Positions 1 through 11,898 are shown, numbered from the stretch's first letter. The stretch: DNA of 64,000 bases from Octopus sinensis (GCF_006345805.1 NC_043015.1:46128001-46192000), one strand, 5' to 3'. Notes: generated from the letters alone by a model not told the origin. Program-made: numbers and translations.

Positions 1-184
1 CACTTTTTTCTCTTTTTTTATCCAAAAACTGTGATAAATGAGGATAGATGCATTGTGGTGAACTTAACTTCATGGCCACTGCCGATAACTCCAGCATAAA
101 CAATGATTTTGCAATAAATATATATATATATTTCGTTTTGGATTTGGTTTGCAAGATTCTTTTTATGAGTTCGTGTGTTGAAGC

Positions 185-335
185 ATATTCTGTTGTGTCT
201 GGGGAGAGTCTAAAATTTTCGTTGCGACGACAATTTTCGAAAAAATAAAAATAAGAAATAAGTGGAAATTTTACCGGTGAGTGCGTTAAATAAGGCACTA
301 AAAGAGAATGACTCTCCCCAGACACAACAGAATAT
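185..335. mobile_element. small MITE-like element with perfect 26-bp terminal inverted repeats
   Basis: atattctgttgtgtctggggagagtc (185-210) is the exact reverse complement of 310-335. Confidence 0.65.
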
Positions 336-379
336 ATATATATATATATAAAAGAAAAAAAAAAAGAAAAGTAACTTAC

Positions 380-438
380 CAAGGGTGTAAAAGTTCTGCT
401 GATTTATTTGCTCAGAAAGATTCCCTAGATCTGATGAA
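380..438 (-). CDS. EMSY: EMSY coding exon 14 (last one confidently placed)
   Basis: acaaacag|T TCA TCA GAT = (S)SSDLGNLSEQINQQNFYTL; donor G|gtaagt; 59 nt, phase 2 to 1. It is the first AG available after the T-rich tract. Confidence 0.75.
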
Positions 439-1016
439 CTGTTTGTAGTTTGTAACAGGAGAGAATGGAAGTCAGTCAGCAAAGGAACGAGGTTTGCATT
501 GGTAGTTTGTTTGTTCCACGCAAGATTCCAGAGGAAGCAAGATATATGGAAAAAAAAAAAAAAAAGAAACAAAAAATTATGAAGTACCATAGACGGATTT
601 TAATTTAGATGAAATCAGATAATTATAAGTATTAATTAAGTTTTGGATAGAAATAGGCCAACAGAGTGAAATAAATAAAACAGGTTATAGTACATAATTT
701 GCTTAGATGGATTATGATAGGTGTTCTGTAGTGCAATCAGATATGTGACCACATGATATGGTTGTATAGTATAATTCACTAAACATATACAAGAGATATA
801 CATCAACAAACATCCTCATCAAAGGTTTATTCGGTTATTTTAATTCATTAACTGGTCCCTTGGTCAAATAGACTGACAATTACTCAGAATAAATTCACGT
901 CCTCCTAGCATTGCTTGACAACCGATACTGGTGTGTTTATGTCCCCGTTACTTAGCGATTCGGCAAAAGAGACCTATAGAATAAGTACTGGGCTTACAAA
1001 AGAATGAGTCCCGGAT

Positions 1017-1381
1017 CTTTTCGGTTTGAACGGCAGTTTTTTTCTAGCGGTGTCATATGAAATTGTCACCCATAATTATGACCCTAGTATTGATCTATTG
1101 CATTTCAATCTGTTTTAGGGTTAGGGTTAGGGGGAAGGGTATCTTTTTTTCTTCACAAATATTAATAAACCCAATCTGTTTTTTACGTCAATGGACGTCA
1201 TTGATTGGTTGAATTGCAGAAATTGAAGAAAAAAAACAATAAATATCTTAGAAACTATAGAATTTTCTCAATAAAGCCAAGAGAAAAAGATGTTTTATAA
1301 ACACATTCTACCAGTATACAAAGTTTAAAATTTTTTAGTTACCTAGAAATTATGTTAAAAACTGCCACTCAAACCGAAAAG
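1017..1381. mobile_element. MITE with TIR cttttcggtttga(a)cggcagtttt, AT flanks and internal (TTAGGG)3
   Basis: Inverted termini are visible directly. A second copy lies in opposite orientation at 14515-14924. Confidence 0.8.
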
Positions 1382-1608
1382 ATCTGGTAAAAACCTACTT
1401 TACCTACCACTGACTTCCAGGTATGGCACATAGAAATCAGCGAACATGGAAATAAAGGGAAAATACATTTTGTTTAAAGGAATTTCACATTATGGCAAGA
1501 TTTATCTAAATGCAATGCTTCTGTAATACAAATCTGTGCTTCTGGAAGCAAACAAAACTTAATTTTGTTGCTGTGTTTTTGTTAAAGAATATCAAGATTT
1601 GTGTATAT

Positions 1609-2010
1609 AGGCGCAGGAGTGGCTGTGTGGTAAGTAGCTTGTTTACCAACCACATGGTTCTGGGTTCAGTCCCACTGTGTGGCACCTTGGGCAAGTGTCT
1701 TCTACTATAGCCTAGGGCCAACCAAAGCCTTGTGAGTGGATTTGGTAGACGGAAACTGAAAGAAGCCCGTCGTATATATGTATATATATATATGCGTGTG
1801 TGTGTTTGTGTGTCTGTGTTTGTCCCCCTAGCATTGCTTGACAACCGATGCTGGCGTGTTTACGTCCCCGTTACTTAGCGGTTCGGCAAAAGAGACCGAT
1901 AGAATAAGTACTGGGCTTACAAAAGAATAAGTCCTGGGGTCAATTTCCTCGACTAAAGGCGGTGCTCCAGCATGGCCGCAGTCAATTGACTGAAACAATT
2001 AAAAGAGTAA
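1609..2010 (+). mobile_element. tRNA-derived CORE-like composite SINE, full length (octopus-type)
   Basis: A-box tggctgtgtggt, B-box ggttcagtccc, CORE-like caccttgggcaagtg, central (TA)/(TG) tract, and 3' cagcatggccgcagtcaaatgactgaaac. Many near-identical copies occur in the window. Confidence 0.85.
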
Positions 2011-2086
2011 AGAGTATAGAGACAAATAAAATGGCAGATTGCACAGGGAGGGGGAAGGGGGATAGGAATAGAGCATCATTCTTTAC

Positions 2087-2258
2087 CTTCTAATGATCTC
2101 TTTCTCTTTGATTTGGAGGTTACCGTTATTGGATTGGTGCTGCATCTCTAAGAGAGCCGAGATAGCGTCTGTAGAAGAATCGTTGGTATATGTGTTTGAT
2201 TGGTCATCCGCGACATCATATTCAAACCACTCGTTGCTAGTTAGTGGCTGGGTGGAAA
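2087..2258 (-). CDS. EMSY: EMSY coding exon 13
   Basis: atttcacag|TT TCC ACC = (I)STQPLTSNEWFEYDVADD...AISALLEMQ...KEIIR; donor AG|gtaaag; 172 nt, phase 1 to 2. Confidence 0.9.
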
Positions 2259-2460
2259 CTGTGAAATAAAAACAAATAAGTTCAGCAGAAGAGAAAAAAA
2301 ATAATGTAAAAAAAAACCCCAAAAAACTATCAACAAAATCACTTTTATTTTAAAATTATCAATTAGCTATTGGTTATCGCCAATCTTTACATAACATAAA
2401 AATAAAATTAGAACAAGTTTATTTCACAATTAGCAGGATCTCATCATCACCATCATTTAA

Positions 2461-2744
2461 CCCTTTCGTTACTGTATTTCTGTTGAGATGCTCAGTGTTT
2501 CTTTCAATTAATTTAAATATAACAAAGAATTTAAGAAAATAACTTAGTTATCATTCAGCTAGTGTTAGGAACATTAATTGTGACTAAGGTTTGGTGGAAG
2601 ACTTTAATTCAAAACTTATGAAAACAAGACATTTGTACTACAGAGCCAGAGGCGGTTTTGGCCGGGTTGGTATCAAAAGAGTTAAAACAGAGTGTTTGTA
2701 CCATAGAACCAGGGGTGGTGTCAGGCAGGTTGGTATGAAAAGGG
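2461..2744. mobile_element. piggyBac-type MITE family A (about 221 bp) with a duplicated right end
   Basis: TTAA|CCCTTTCGTTAC...; the right terminus occurs twice (ends 2681 and 2744), each followed by TTAA. Confidence 0.8.
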
Positions 2745-2865
2745 TTAACACAGAAACTAACTTGCAGAAATAAGACAAGAAAGAAAAAAAAACAAAGCGA
2801 TTTATAGGTTCAAAATTATCTTTCCAGGCTATTTATGTCGCACGTGATTAAAGTGTGAGACTTAC

Positions 2866-3094
2866 TTTTAGTCTGAGGTGTACTAGAGTGAAGCTGGTTG
2901 CCAGCTGAGATGATTTCGACTGGTTCATCAGCAGCAATAGCAACATCGGTAATTGCTATGGTAGAAGAAGTCTGTTGTGAGTCAGCAGAGTGAGCGTCTG
3001 GCAGGATACCAGCAGCTTGAATGAGTTCCGCCAGCAATGTAGAAGTCTTCCCGCCAGCACCGTCAGCGTCTGTGATTCGAGCCTGTTGCTGCCG
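2866..3094 (-). CDS. EMSY: EMSY coding exon 12
   Basis: First AG after a long pyrimidine tract gives RQQQARITDADGAGGKTSTLLAELIQAAGIL...STPQTK; donor A|gtaagt; 229 nt, phase 0 to 1. The acceptor could alternatively be at 3088 or 3082. Confidence 0.85.
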
Positions 3095-3247
3095 CTGTTC
3101 ATGTGGAAACAATGGATGGTATTCAGAGAGAGAGATGGAGCGAAAAAAAAAAAAGAAAAATAAAGCATATTAATATTTTAAAAAATACAACAAAGAAAAT
3201 TTGCTGTGTCTAGGGTGGGTCATAATGCCAATATTATCAACACACAC

Positions 3248-3490
3248 ACTGTCTGTCTATCCGCTCAGTCAAAGTCGACTCTCGGTTACTCGTTGAATCA
3301 GTGTCCTCCAGTCAGTTCTAATCTGGGCCGCTTCTCTCAGATTGGCTATGTCCATTCCGGTATCCCTCTTGATGGTGTCAAGCCAGCGGGTTCTTGGTCG
3401 GCCTCTTCCTCTCTTGCCATTGACCATTCCGAGCATGATGTCCTTCTTCAGGGATTTTCTCCGCATAATATGACCAAAATATGCCAATCT
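3248..3490 (-). mobile_element. RTE-clade LINE 3' fragment; a shorter copy at about 26335-26490
   Basis: YFGHIMRR..L.K.IMLGMVNGKRGRGRPRTRWLDTIK is the RTE/BovB-type ORF C-terminus. Confidence 0.8.
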
Positions 3491-3562
3491 ATGCTTGGTG
3501 ATCCTATATTAATTGGTTAAATATTCAACTAACTAATTGATTGTTTAATTTGATTAAGCAAT

Positions 3563-3763
3563 ACTCTCTCTTTACTTGTTTCAGTCATTTGACTGCGGCC
3601 ATGCTGGAGCACCGCCTTTAGTCGAGCAAATCGACCCCGGGACTTATTCTTTTGTAAGCCCAGTACTTATTCTATCAGTCTCTTTTGCCGAACCGCTAAG
3701 TAACGAGGACATAAACACACCAGCATCGGTTGTCAAGCAATGCTAGCAGGACAAACACACACA

Positions 3764-3798
<35 letters not shown>

Positions 3799-3960
3799 GA
3801 CGGGCTTCTTTCAGTTTCAGTCTACCAAATCCACTCACAAGGCTTTGGTCGGCCCGAGGCTATAGTAGAAGACACTTGCCCAAGGTGCCACGCAGTGGGA
3901 CTGAACCCGGAACCATGTGGTTGGCAAACAAGCTACTTACCACACAGCCACTCCTGTGCC
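3563..3960 (-). mobile_element. composite SINE copy; another minus copy at about 4310-4670
   Basis: Reverse complement of 1609-2010. Confidence 0.85.
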
Positions 3961-6316
3961 TCAATAAGTAATTTGTTTTGTTTTTGTTGGTCAAAACTCT
4001 TTCATTGTTACTTGCGACCCTTTCGATCACTTTTGACGAAGTCAGTTATGGAGGCCACGTTTGGTTGAGATCTTGTGTGCATGTATGTGTGCACCAGTGT
4101 GCACGTGTATGTCAATATTATAACACACACACACTGGTTCAATTCTGGTCCTTTATTATTAGTCAGTGCATATGCTAATAATAATGGTATAATGACTCTC
4201 CCTAGACACAACAAAATTTGCTTCAATACACAAATTCACATAAAGAATATTGCAAACCAGATACAATAACGAAACAAACTGTTTTACATTTATTTTTCTA
4301 TAATTATTCTCTCTTTTTACTCTTTTACTTGTTTCAGTCATTTGACTGCAGCCATGCTGGAGCACCGCCTTTAGTCAAGCAAATCGACCCCGGGACTTAT
4401 TCTTTGTAAGCCCAATACTTATTCTATCGGTCCCTTTTGCCGAACCAGCATCGGTTGTCAAGCAATGCTAAGGGGACAAATACACATACATACACATATA
4501 TATACGACAGGCTTCTTTCAGTTTCCGTCTACCAAATCCATTCACAAGGCATTGGTCGGCCCGGGACTATAGCAGAAGACACTTGCCCAAGATGCCACGC
4601 AGTGGGACTGAACCCGGAACCATGTGGTTGGTTAGCAAGCTACTTACCACACAGCCACTCCTGCGCCTATGGTTATGTTACATGGTTTTTGTTTATTATT
4701 TTTGTTATAGTTGATTGCCCCTTCTACTAACCACAAAAATGAAAATTTATAGTAAAATTTGTTTTTTGTCACTCATGCATACCGTGACAAACTGAATAAT
4801 GTGCTTTGCTCAGGAAAAAAAAACACAATGACCCTAAGTCCATCCCCTTAACCCTTTAGCATTTCAACTGGTTGTATCTGGCCCTAATAATTCTATCTGC
4901 TTTAGCCAGATCCAGCATCTCACACCTATCTTACAATGCCATTCTAAGAATAAAAAATCACATCATCAAAATTATGAAGCTACAAGATGTGTGTTTAAGT
5001 TAATATATATTTCTCTATTGCCCACAGGGGGCTGAACATAGAGGGGACAAACAAGGACAGACAAAGGGATTAAGTCGATCACATTGACCCCAGTGCGTAA
5101 CTGGTACTTAATTTATCGACCCCGAAAGGATGAAAGGCAAAGTCGACCTCGGCGGAATTTGAACTCAGAACGTAGCGGCAGACGAAATACCACTAAGTAT
5201 TTTGCCCGGCGTGCTAATGATTCTGCCAGCTCGCTGCCCTATAAGTTAATATAGAATAGGCATAGGCATGACTGTATGATTAAAAAGCTTATGAGTATGT
5301 TGCCAGTCAAGTAAAAAGACCCAAGTAGTATTGACATACTGCTTTGTCCCAGGTGGACACAATCATCATTATTTTAATGTCCACTTTTCAAAGCTTGCAT
5401 AGGTTGGATGGAGATTAACTGAGATAGATTTTTTTTTCCATGGCTGGATACCTTCCTTGTCACGAAGCCATCCTTTCTAGTTACCATCCAAGCAAGGTAA
5501 TATTTCCCCATTGTGCAGAATATCAGAAACTGTTGAGGCAAGTGAAATCGAAATCGATCAAAATCAATGGAAATTGTAGTTGTGATACCAGTGCCGGTGG
5601 CATGTAAGAGAGCCATCCGAACGTGGCCGTTGCCAGCGCCGCTCCGTCTGGTAGTTGTGATACCAGTGCTGGTGGCACGTAAGAGAACCATCCGAACGTG
5701 GCCGTTGCCAGAGCCGCACCGTCTGGTAGTTGTGATACCAGTGCCGGTGGCACATAAAAAGCACCAACCGATCGTGGCCATTGCCAGCCTCGTCTGGCAT
5801 GTAAAAAGCACCCACTACACTCACGGAGTGGTTGGCGTTAGGAAGGGCATCCAGCTGTAGAAACACTGCCAGATCAGACTGGAGCCTGGTGCAGCCTCCT
5901 GGCTTCCCAGACCCCAGTTGAACCGTCCGACCAGTGCTAGCATGGAAAACGGACGTTAAACGATGATGATGATGATGATAAATAATAACAGGATGTCAAG
6001 ACAAAGAAACACACACAATGGGTTTCTTTCAGTTTCCGTCTAACAGATCCACTCACAAGGATCTTCTGACCTAAGCCTATCTATAACAGAAGACACTTAC
6101 CCAAGGTGCCACACAGTGGGGCTGAACCCGGAACCATCTGGTTAAAAGGCAAACCCTTTAACCACACGGCCACACCTATTAACGTCTTTAATAGTAATGT
6201 TTGAACTCATCATGACTACACTAGCAACAATTTCCGCAAGAAATTTTAAAACAAAAACACTTTCATTAATCGAAGCCAATAACAACAAGAACAACAACAA
6301 TAAAAGACTAAACTAC

Positions 6317-6436
6317 CTTCAATGACTCTGGAACTGTTGTGGTTACAATTATCTTTTTCTCTAGAGGAGACTTCAAAGAAGATACTGGACTACTTCCTTG
6401 ACGACTATCATGTTTATGAATGAAACTTACAAGTTC
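6317..6436 (-). CDS. EMSY: EMSY coding exon 11 (not in ORF track)
   Basis: cttcttacag|GAA CTT GTA = ELVSFIHKHDSRQGSSPVSSLKSPLEKKIIVTTTVPESLK; donor AAG|gtagtt; 120 nt, phase 0 to 0. Confidence 0.85.
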
Positions 6437-6625
6437 CTGTAAGAAGAAGGAAGACAAAAACCAAAAAAACAAAAGTAAATAAATGGAAAAAAGAAATGAT
6501 TTCTGTCAGCAATTAGTTAACGAGCACTTTAATGCAATAGACACAGAAAATGTCTGTTTGGACACAGAGTACGCCTATATATATTTATAAATATTCTTCA
6601 TCAATATCATTTATGTTTTTACTGA

Positions 6626-7020
6626 CAGGCGCAGGAGTGGCCGTGTGGTAAGTAGCTTGCTAACCAACCACATGGTTCCGGGTTCAGTCCCACTGCGTGG
6701 CATCTTGGGCAAGTGTCTTCTGCTATAGCCCCGGGCCGACCAATGCCTTGTGAGTGGATTTGGTAGACGGAAACTGAAAGAAGCCTGTCGTATATATGTA
6801 TATATATATAAGTGTGTGTGTATATGTTTGTGTGTCTGTGTTTGTCCCCCCAGCATTGCTTGACAACCGATGCTGGTGTGTTTACGTCCCCGTCACTTAG
6901 CAGTTCGGCAAAAGAGATCGATAGAATAAGTACTGGGCTTACAAAGAATAAGTCCTGGGGTCGAGTTGCTCGATTAAAGGCGGTGCTCCAGCATGGCCGC
7001 AGTCAAATGACTGAAACACT
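6626..7020 (+). mobile_element. composite SINE copy (further + copies at about 31292, 34184, 39249-39630, 43739-44140, 55056-55435, 60335-60580)
   Basis: Same head, body and tail sequence. Confidence 0.85.
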
Positions 7021-7130
7021 GGACTTCAGTAAGAAAAAAAGATCAAGACACAAGGTTAGATGCTCTGATAATATGAATTGGTATGGTAAAATTAAGATTA
7101 TGATGAAATTGTGAGACGAACTCTACATAC

Positions 7131-7216
7131 CGTTCCTTTTGTGATGCTAGTGGAAATCGGGACCGGTGATCTTTTAGGTGGAGCTTTGGTTACCACAATG
7201 ACATTAGGTCGGCTTA
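7131..7216 (-). CDS. EMSY: EMSY coding exon 10
   Basis: tctttag|TA AGC CGA = (V)SRPNVIVVTKAPPKRSPVPISTSITKGT; donor ACG|gtatgt; 86 nt, phase 1 to 0. Confidence 0.9.
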
Positions 7217-7501
7217 CTAAAGACAGAAGAAAGAAAAAAATAATAAAAGTTAAAAATATAAAAGGACTGAAATTAAAAATTATAATCAGCAAAAAAAAAA
7301 AAAAAAAAAATAAAAAAACCCTCAAATTCTTAAATGACTAATATTTCAAATCAATAATTTCCAGGTCATGTGCAGTGTCCATTACCTAAATATTCAGTGT
7401 GTAACAAGTGAAATTTCAACACGTAGCTGAAATCATATTCTAAGCAGCCAGCATATTATTATTTGCTATACAGAAAGACGCAAGCATGGCTATGTGATTA
7501 A

Positions 7502-7721
7502 CCCTTTCGTTACTGTATTTCTGTTGAGATGCTCTGTGTTTCTTTCAATTACTTTAAATATAACAAACAATTCAGTAAAATAACTTAGTTGTCATTAAGC
7601 TAGTGTCAGGAACATAAATTGTGACTAAGGTTTGGTGGAAAATTTTAACGGAAAACTTATGAAAACAAGACATTTGTATTCAGAACCAGAGCCGGTTTCA
7701 GCCGGGTTGGTAACGAAAGGA
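7502..7721. mobile_element. piggyBac-type MITE A inserted in a SINE head
   Basis: TTAA duplication splits the SINE head sequence tggctatgtga-TTAA-gaagcttgcttccc. Confidence 0.85.
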
Positions 7722-8296
7722 TTAAGAAGCTTGCTTCCCAACTATGTGGTCCTGGGTTCAGTCCCTCTGCGCAAGTGTCTTCTACTATAGTCCTGGGTCA
7801 ACCAAAGCTTTGCGAGTGGATTTGATGATAGATGGAATTTAAAAGAATTGGGGAAGGGGGTTCCCTTGTCTTCACATCACACGATGTTTGTAAATTAAGC
7901 GCATTGTATGTCACCAGCCTCCCGTGAAAAACATGCCTGGTTATGCGGAAACGTTACCATGATAAGAAATTGGTGAAGGTTAACAACAACAGGAAGGGCA
8001 TCTGACCACAAGAAAATATCCCTCGACAAATTCTGCCTCGGCCCATGCAAGCAAGCATGGAAAATATGGGACATTAAGTAATGACGATAATGATGATGCT
8101 GACACAGCCACACAAGTATGCACATGCAAACGTACAGAACTTAGATCTAACATGAAAGGGTCAGACTTTCATTTCAACCTCCTGCGGCCCAAGAAAGAAC
8201 CACAGAACAAAGCCATCATAAATAACCACAATTACCACTTCTACCAGTAATTTGGTTATTCCATTGATAGCAATGTTTCTCTACTGCGACAACACC

Positions 8297-8873
8297 TATT
8301 TCTTTTTTTCTACCCACAAGGGGCTAAACACAGAGAGGACAAACAAGGACAGACACACGGTTTAAGTCGATTATATCGACCCCAGTTGCATAACTGGTAC
8401 TTATTTAATCAACCCCGAAAGGATGAAAGGCAAAGTCGACCTCGGCGGAATTTGAACTCAGAACGTAACGGCAGACGAAATACCTATTTCTTTACTACCC
8501 ACAAAGGGCTAAATACAGAGAGAACAAACAAGGACAGACACACGGTTTAGGTCGATTATGTCGACCACAGTGCGTAACTGGTACTTATTTAATCGACCCC
8601 GAAAGGATGAAAGGCAAAGTCGACCTTGGCGGAATTTGAACTCAGAACGTAGCGGCAGACGAAATACCTATTTCTTTACTACCCACAAGGGGCTAAACAC
8701 AGAGAGGACAAACAAGGACAGACACACGGTTTAAGTCGATTATATTTAATTGACCCTGAAAGGATGAAAGGCAAAGTTGACCTCAGCAGAATTTGAACTC
8801 GGAACGTAGCAACAGATGAAATACTGCTAAAAATTTCGCCCGGCGTGCTAACGTTTCTGCCAGCTCGCCGCCT
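8297..8873 (-). mobile_element. second SINE family, head plus 3 tandem body units
   Basis: Head aaggcggcgagctggcagaa, B-box gttcaaattc, central gtcgactttgcctttcatcctttcggggtcga (Meta/Sauria-like domain, from recall); TSD-like ctgc(g/t)acaacacc on both sides. Confidence 0.85.
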
Positions 8874-9993
8874 GCTACAACACCACTGTCATGATCATCA
8901 CCCTTTTAATACCCACTTTCCCATGTGTCAGACTGATCTTCTACTATCAGATGCCCTTTCTGTCACCAACCTGTACCTGTTTCCAAGCAAAGTAATATTT
9001 CTCCCATGACCAAACATGTTTTCAAGGACAACTGGAAATGAAAAGACGTTTGCATGATGGTGACATTTGTTTATAATTATCAGATGAAGTTAAGGCATGG
9101 AGATACCATCATCATCATCATCCTTTAATGTTCATTTTCCATGCTGGCATGGGTTGGACAGTTTGGCAAGCCAGAAAGCTGAACCAGGTTCCAGTCTGAT
9201 TTGGCTTGGTTCCTATGGCTGGATGCCCTTCCTAACACCAACCACTTTACAGTGTGCAATGGGGGCTTTTAACATGGCACAAGCATAAATGAAAAGTTTT
9301 TTCAGTTTGTCTACCAAATCTATAGGTTTTGGTTGACTAAGGATTATAGCAGAAGACAGTGACCCTAAATACCACACAGTGGGATTGAACCCAAAACTAC
9401 ATAGTATACACAGACGCACACACACACACATAATCATCATCATCATCATCACTTAACGTCCGCTTTCCATGCTGGCATGGGTTGGACGGTTCAACTGGGG
9501 TCTGGGAAGCCAGAAGGCTGCACTAGGCCCAGTCTAATCTGGTAGTGTTTCTACAGCTGGATGCTCTTCCTAACGCCAACCACTCCGTGAGTGTAGTGGG
9601 TGCTTTTTACGTGCCAGACAGGGCTGGCAGACGGCCACGATCGGATGGTGCTTTTTACATGCCACTGGCACGGGGGCCAGACAAAGCTGGCAACGGCCAC
9701 GGTAGCATGCGTTCACACACACACACACACAAACATGGTTCTTACTATACAGCCACAAATAAAGATAGCAACTTCACCCACAAAAACTAGAGCCAACAAT
9801 AACGATTCTGTCAGTAATTTTGAGGGTAAGGGGCAAGTTGATTACACTGACCCCACTCACCCCCGAACTAACTCACAGCCCTATCAACAAGTACAGCAGC
9901 AGCAGCAACAAACTCTACCAAACACAAAAGAAAATAATTATTGGGGAAAAAAGGTGGTGGGGGAAAAAAAAAAAAGCATGATTGCGAACTAAC

Positions 9994-10137
9994 CAGTTCC
10001 ACCGGTGCTGGACTTGACTGCTGTTAGATGCAAAGTTTTGGGATTCACAGTCACTACGTTAGCTGTCTTTGTCGTTGTAATCACCTTCCCACCTGGAGCA
10101 TTGATGTTCAGGATTTTGCTGTTGCCTGCTTGGCTCA
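9994..10137 (-). CDS. EMSY: EMSY coding exon 9 (frame not in ORF track)
   Basis: tttgcggcag|TG AGC CAA = (V)SQAGNSKILNINAPGGKVITTTKTANVVTVNPKTLHLTAVKSSTGGT; donor G|gttagt; 144 nt, phase 1 to 1. Confidence 0.85.
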
Positions 10138-10345
10138 CTGCCGCAAAGTGGAATGGAAAAAAAAAAGCGGTAGGGGGGGAAAAAGAAAAAAGGAAAATAA
10201 ATTTTAAAAAAGGGAGAAAAATAAAGACAAGGGAGACACAGGTATAGAGTGTGAGACAAAGAGGAAAATAAATAATAGAAAATTACTTTCTGGTGGAATT
10301 TGTACCATTTTGCTTTTATTTATATTTTCAACCCTTTAGCATTAA

Positions 10346-10807
10346 CCCTTTCGTTACTGTATTTATTTTGAGATGCTCTGTGTTTCTTTCTATTACTTTA
10401 AATATAACAAAGAATTTAGTTAAATAACTTCGTTATCATTCAGCTAGTGTCAGGAACAGAAATTGTGACTAAGGTTTGGTGGAAGATTTTAATTCAAAAC
10501 TCATGAAAACAAGATATTTGTACTACAGAGCCAGAGGCAGTTTCAGGTGGGTTAGTATCAAAAGGGTTAAATTGATCATTTGTTAACCCTTTTGTTACCA
10601 TATTTCTGTTGAGATGCTCTGTGTTTCTCTCAATTACTTTAAATATAACAAAGAATTTTGTAAAATAACTTTGTTATCAATCAACTAGTGTTAGGAACAT
10701 AAATTGTGACTAAGGTTTGGTGGAAGATTTTAATTCAAAACTTATGAAAACAAGACATTTGTACTCAGAGCCAAATGTCAGTTTCAGCCGGTTTGGTAAC
10801 GAAAGGG
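10346..10807. mobile_element. two tandem piggyBac-type MITE A copies (10346-10566, 10587-10807) nested in a MITE B
   Basis: Each copy is bounded by TTAA and CCC...GGG termini. The MITE B head (accctttagca) lies before, and its body (aattactctgtcaaatg) resumes at 10812. Confidence 0.85.
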
Positions 10808-11150
10808 TTAAAATTACTCTGTCAAATGTAATGTTTATTTATTTGCATTGTTTTTGAATTAATTATGCATTACCTTTTGTACCTTCAAGATTTCCACGAT
10901 GTGACTGTTTATTTTTAGAATGACATTGTGGGGCAGATATATGAGGGGCCAGATATGGCAGGTTTGACAATAAAACAGGCAGAATATCTGGGCCAGATAC
11001 AACTGGTTTAAATTGCTAACAAGTTAAATATGGAGTGGTTGTATACTGTCAACATAATGTGACAGTCGCCGTAAGGGAATTACACCACCGCTGTTTAGCC
11101 CTAGGAAGCATCGACGCTTCCTGTTGGCTTTGACACATTTCCTGTGTCCT

Positions 11151-11292
11151 TATATTTGCGAAGGGGAGACAAGCACCCCCACAGGCTAGGATTCACACCT
11201 GAAGACATGCATGTTTTTGGGTCTTACCCGTCACCAGTCCAGGATATTGAGCCCTGCTGGCTGAGATGCCTGTCTAGCCTTCGCAAATATAT
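11151..11292. mobile_element. small TA-flanked MITE-like element
   Basis: tatatttgcgaagg.gagacaagca versus tgcctgtctagccttcgcaaatata: about 25-bp imperfect IRs, next to (TA)n. Confidence 0.5.
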
Positions 11293-11334
11293 ATATATAT
11301 ATTAACAGTGAAATCTATTCACTGGTCACCATAA

Positions 11335-11660
11335 TAATAATAATAATAATTGTGTACAGTGCTCAGGTGCACTACAACTCATCTAAAGTGTATATATAAT
11401 CAGGTGTAGTTTCGGCAGATTTCGGAAAGCATGAGGGCCTTAAAGGATGCAGTGTCATGGCAGTCAACAACTGACGCAGGCAGTTTATTCCATGCTTCAG
11501 CAACTCTGAGCGTGAAAAAATGTTTCCAAAAGTCATGGGAGCCGTGTTGTTTTCTGACTTTGTAGGCATGTCCACGTGTGTTAGTAGAAATATTGAATTC
11601 AATATTTCTAAAGTTAAATACGGTTTCCGGGTCTGACATGAGACCATTGGAATTTCAAAT
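11335..11660 (-). mobile_element. CR1-clade LINE 3' fragment
   Basis: TRGHAYKVRKQ...KHFFTLRVAEAWNKLP is the CR1-type C-terminal motif; (ATT)n tail. Confidence 0.8.
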
Positions 11661-11898
11661 TCAAACTTGCTAATCCTGTCAATTATGAAGAAATGATTAT
11701 CTCCATGTGTTAAATTTCTTTTTGTACTTTTGTGTAAAAACCAAAGAAGCTATTACACTTAGATTTTTAATTTTTTCAAAAGAAAAAAAGTCAAAGTTGC
11801 ATGGTTTTTGTAAAGACATCAAACAAAAAGAAACTATGATTCATACATGGGACGCTGCAAATCTCTGCATTCTATGTTAATAACCCAAGACTGGGACT

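Larger units (their letters stand above)
3197..4219. mobile_element. related TIR element (about 33-bp imperfect IRs) containing nested RTE and SINE insertions
   Basis: 3197-3229 and 4186-4219 are inverted copies of the same tgtgtct(a/g)ggg..gtcat motif seen at 185-335. Confidence 0.55.

Noticed and set aside
716-730. 15-bp exact match gataggtgttctgta also at about 62389
   Set aside because: A match of this length is expected by chance in 64 kb of AT-rich DNA, and it does not extend.
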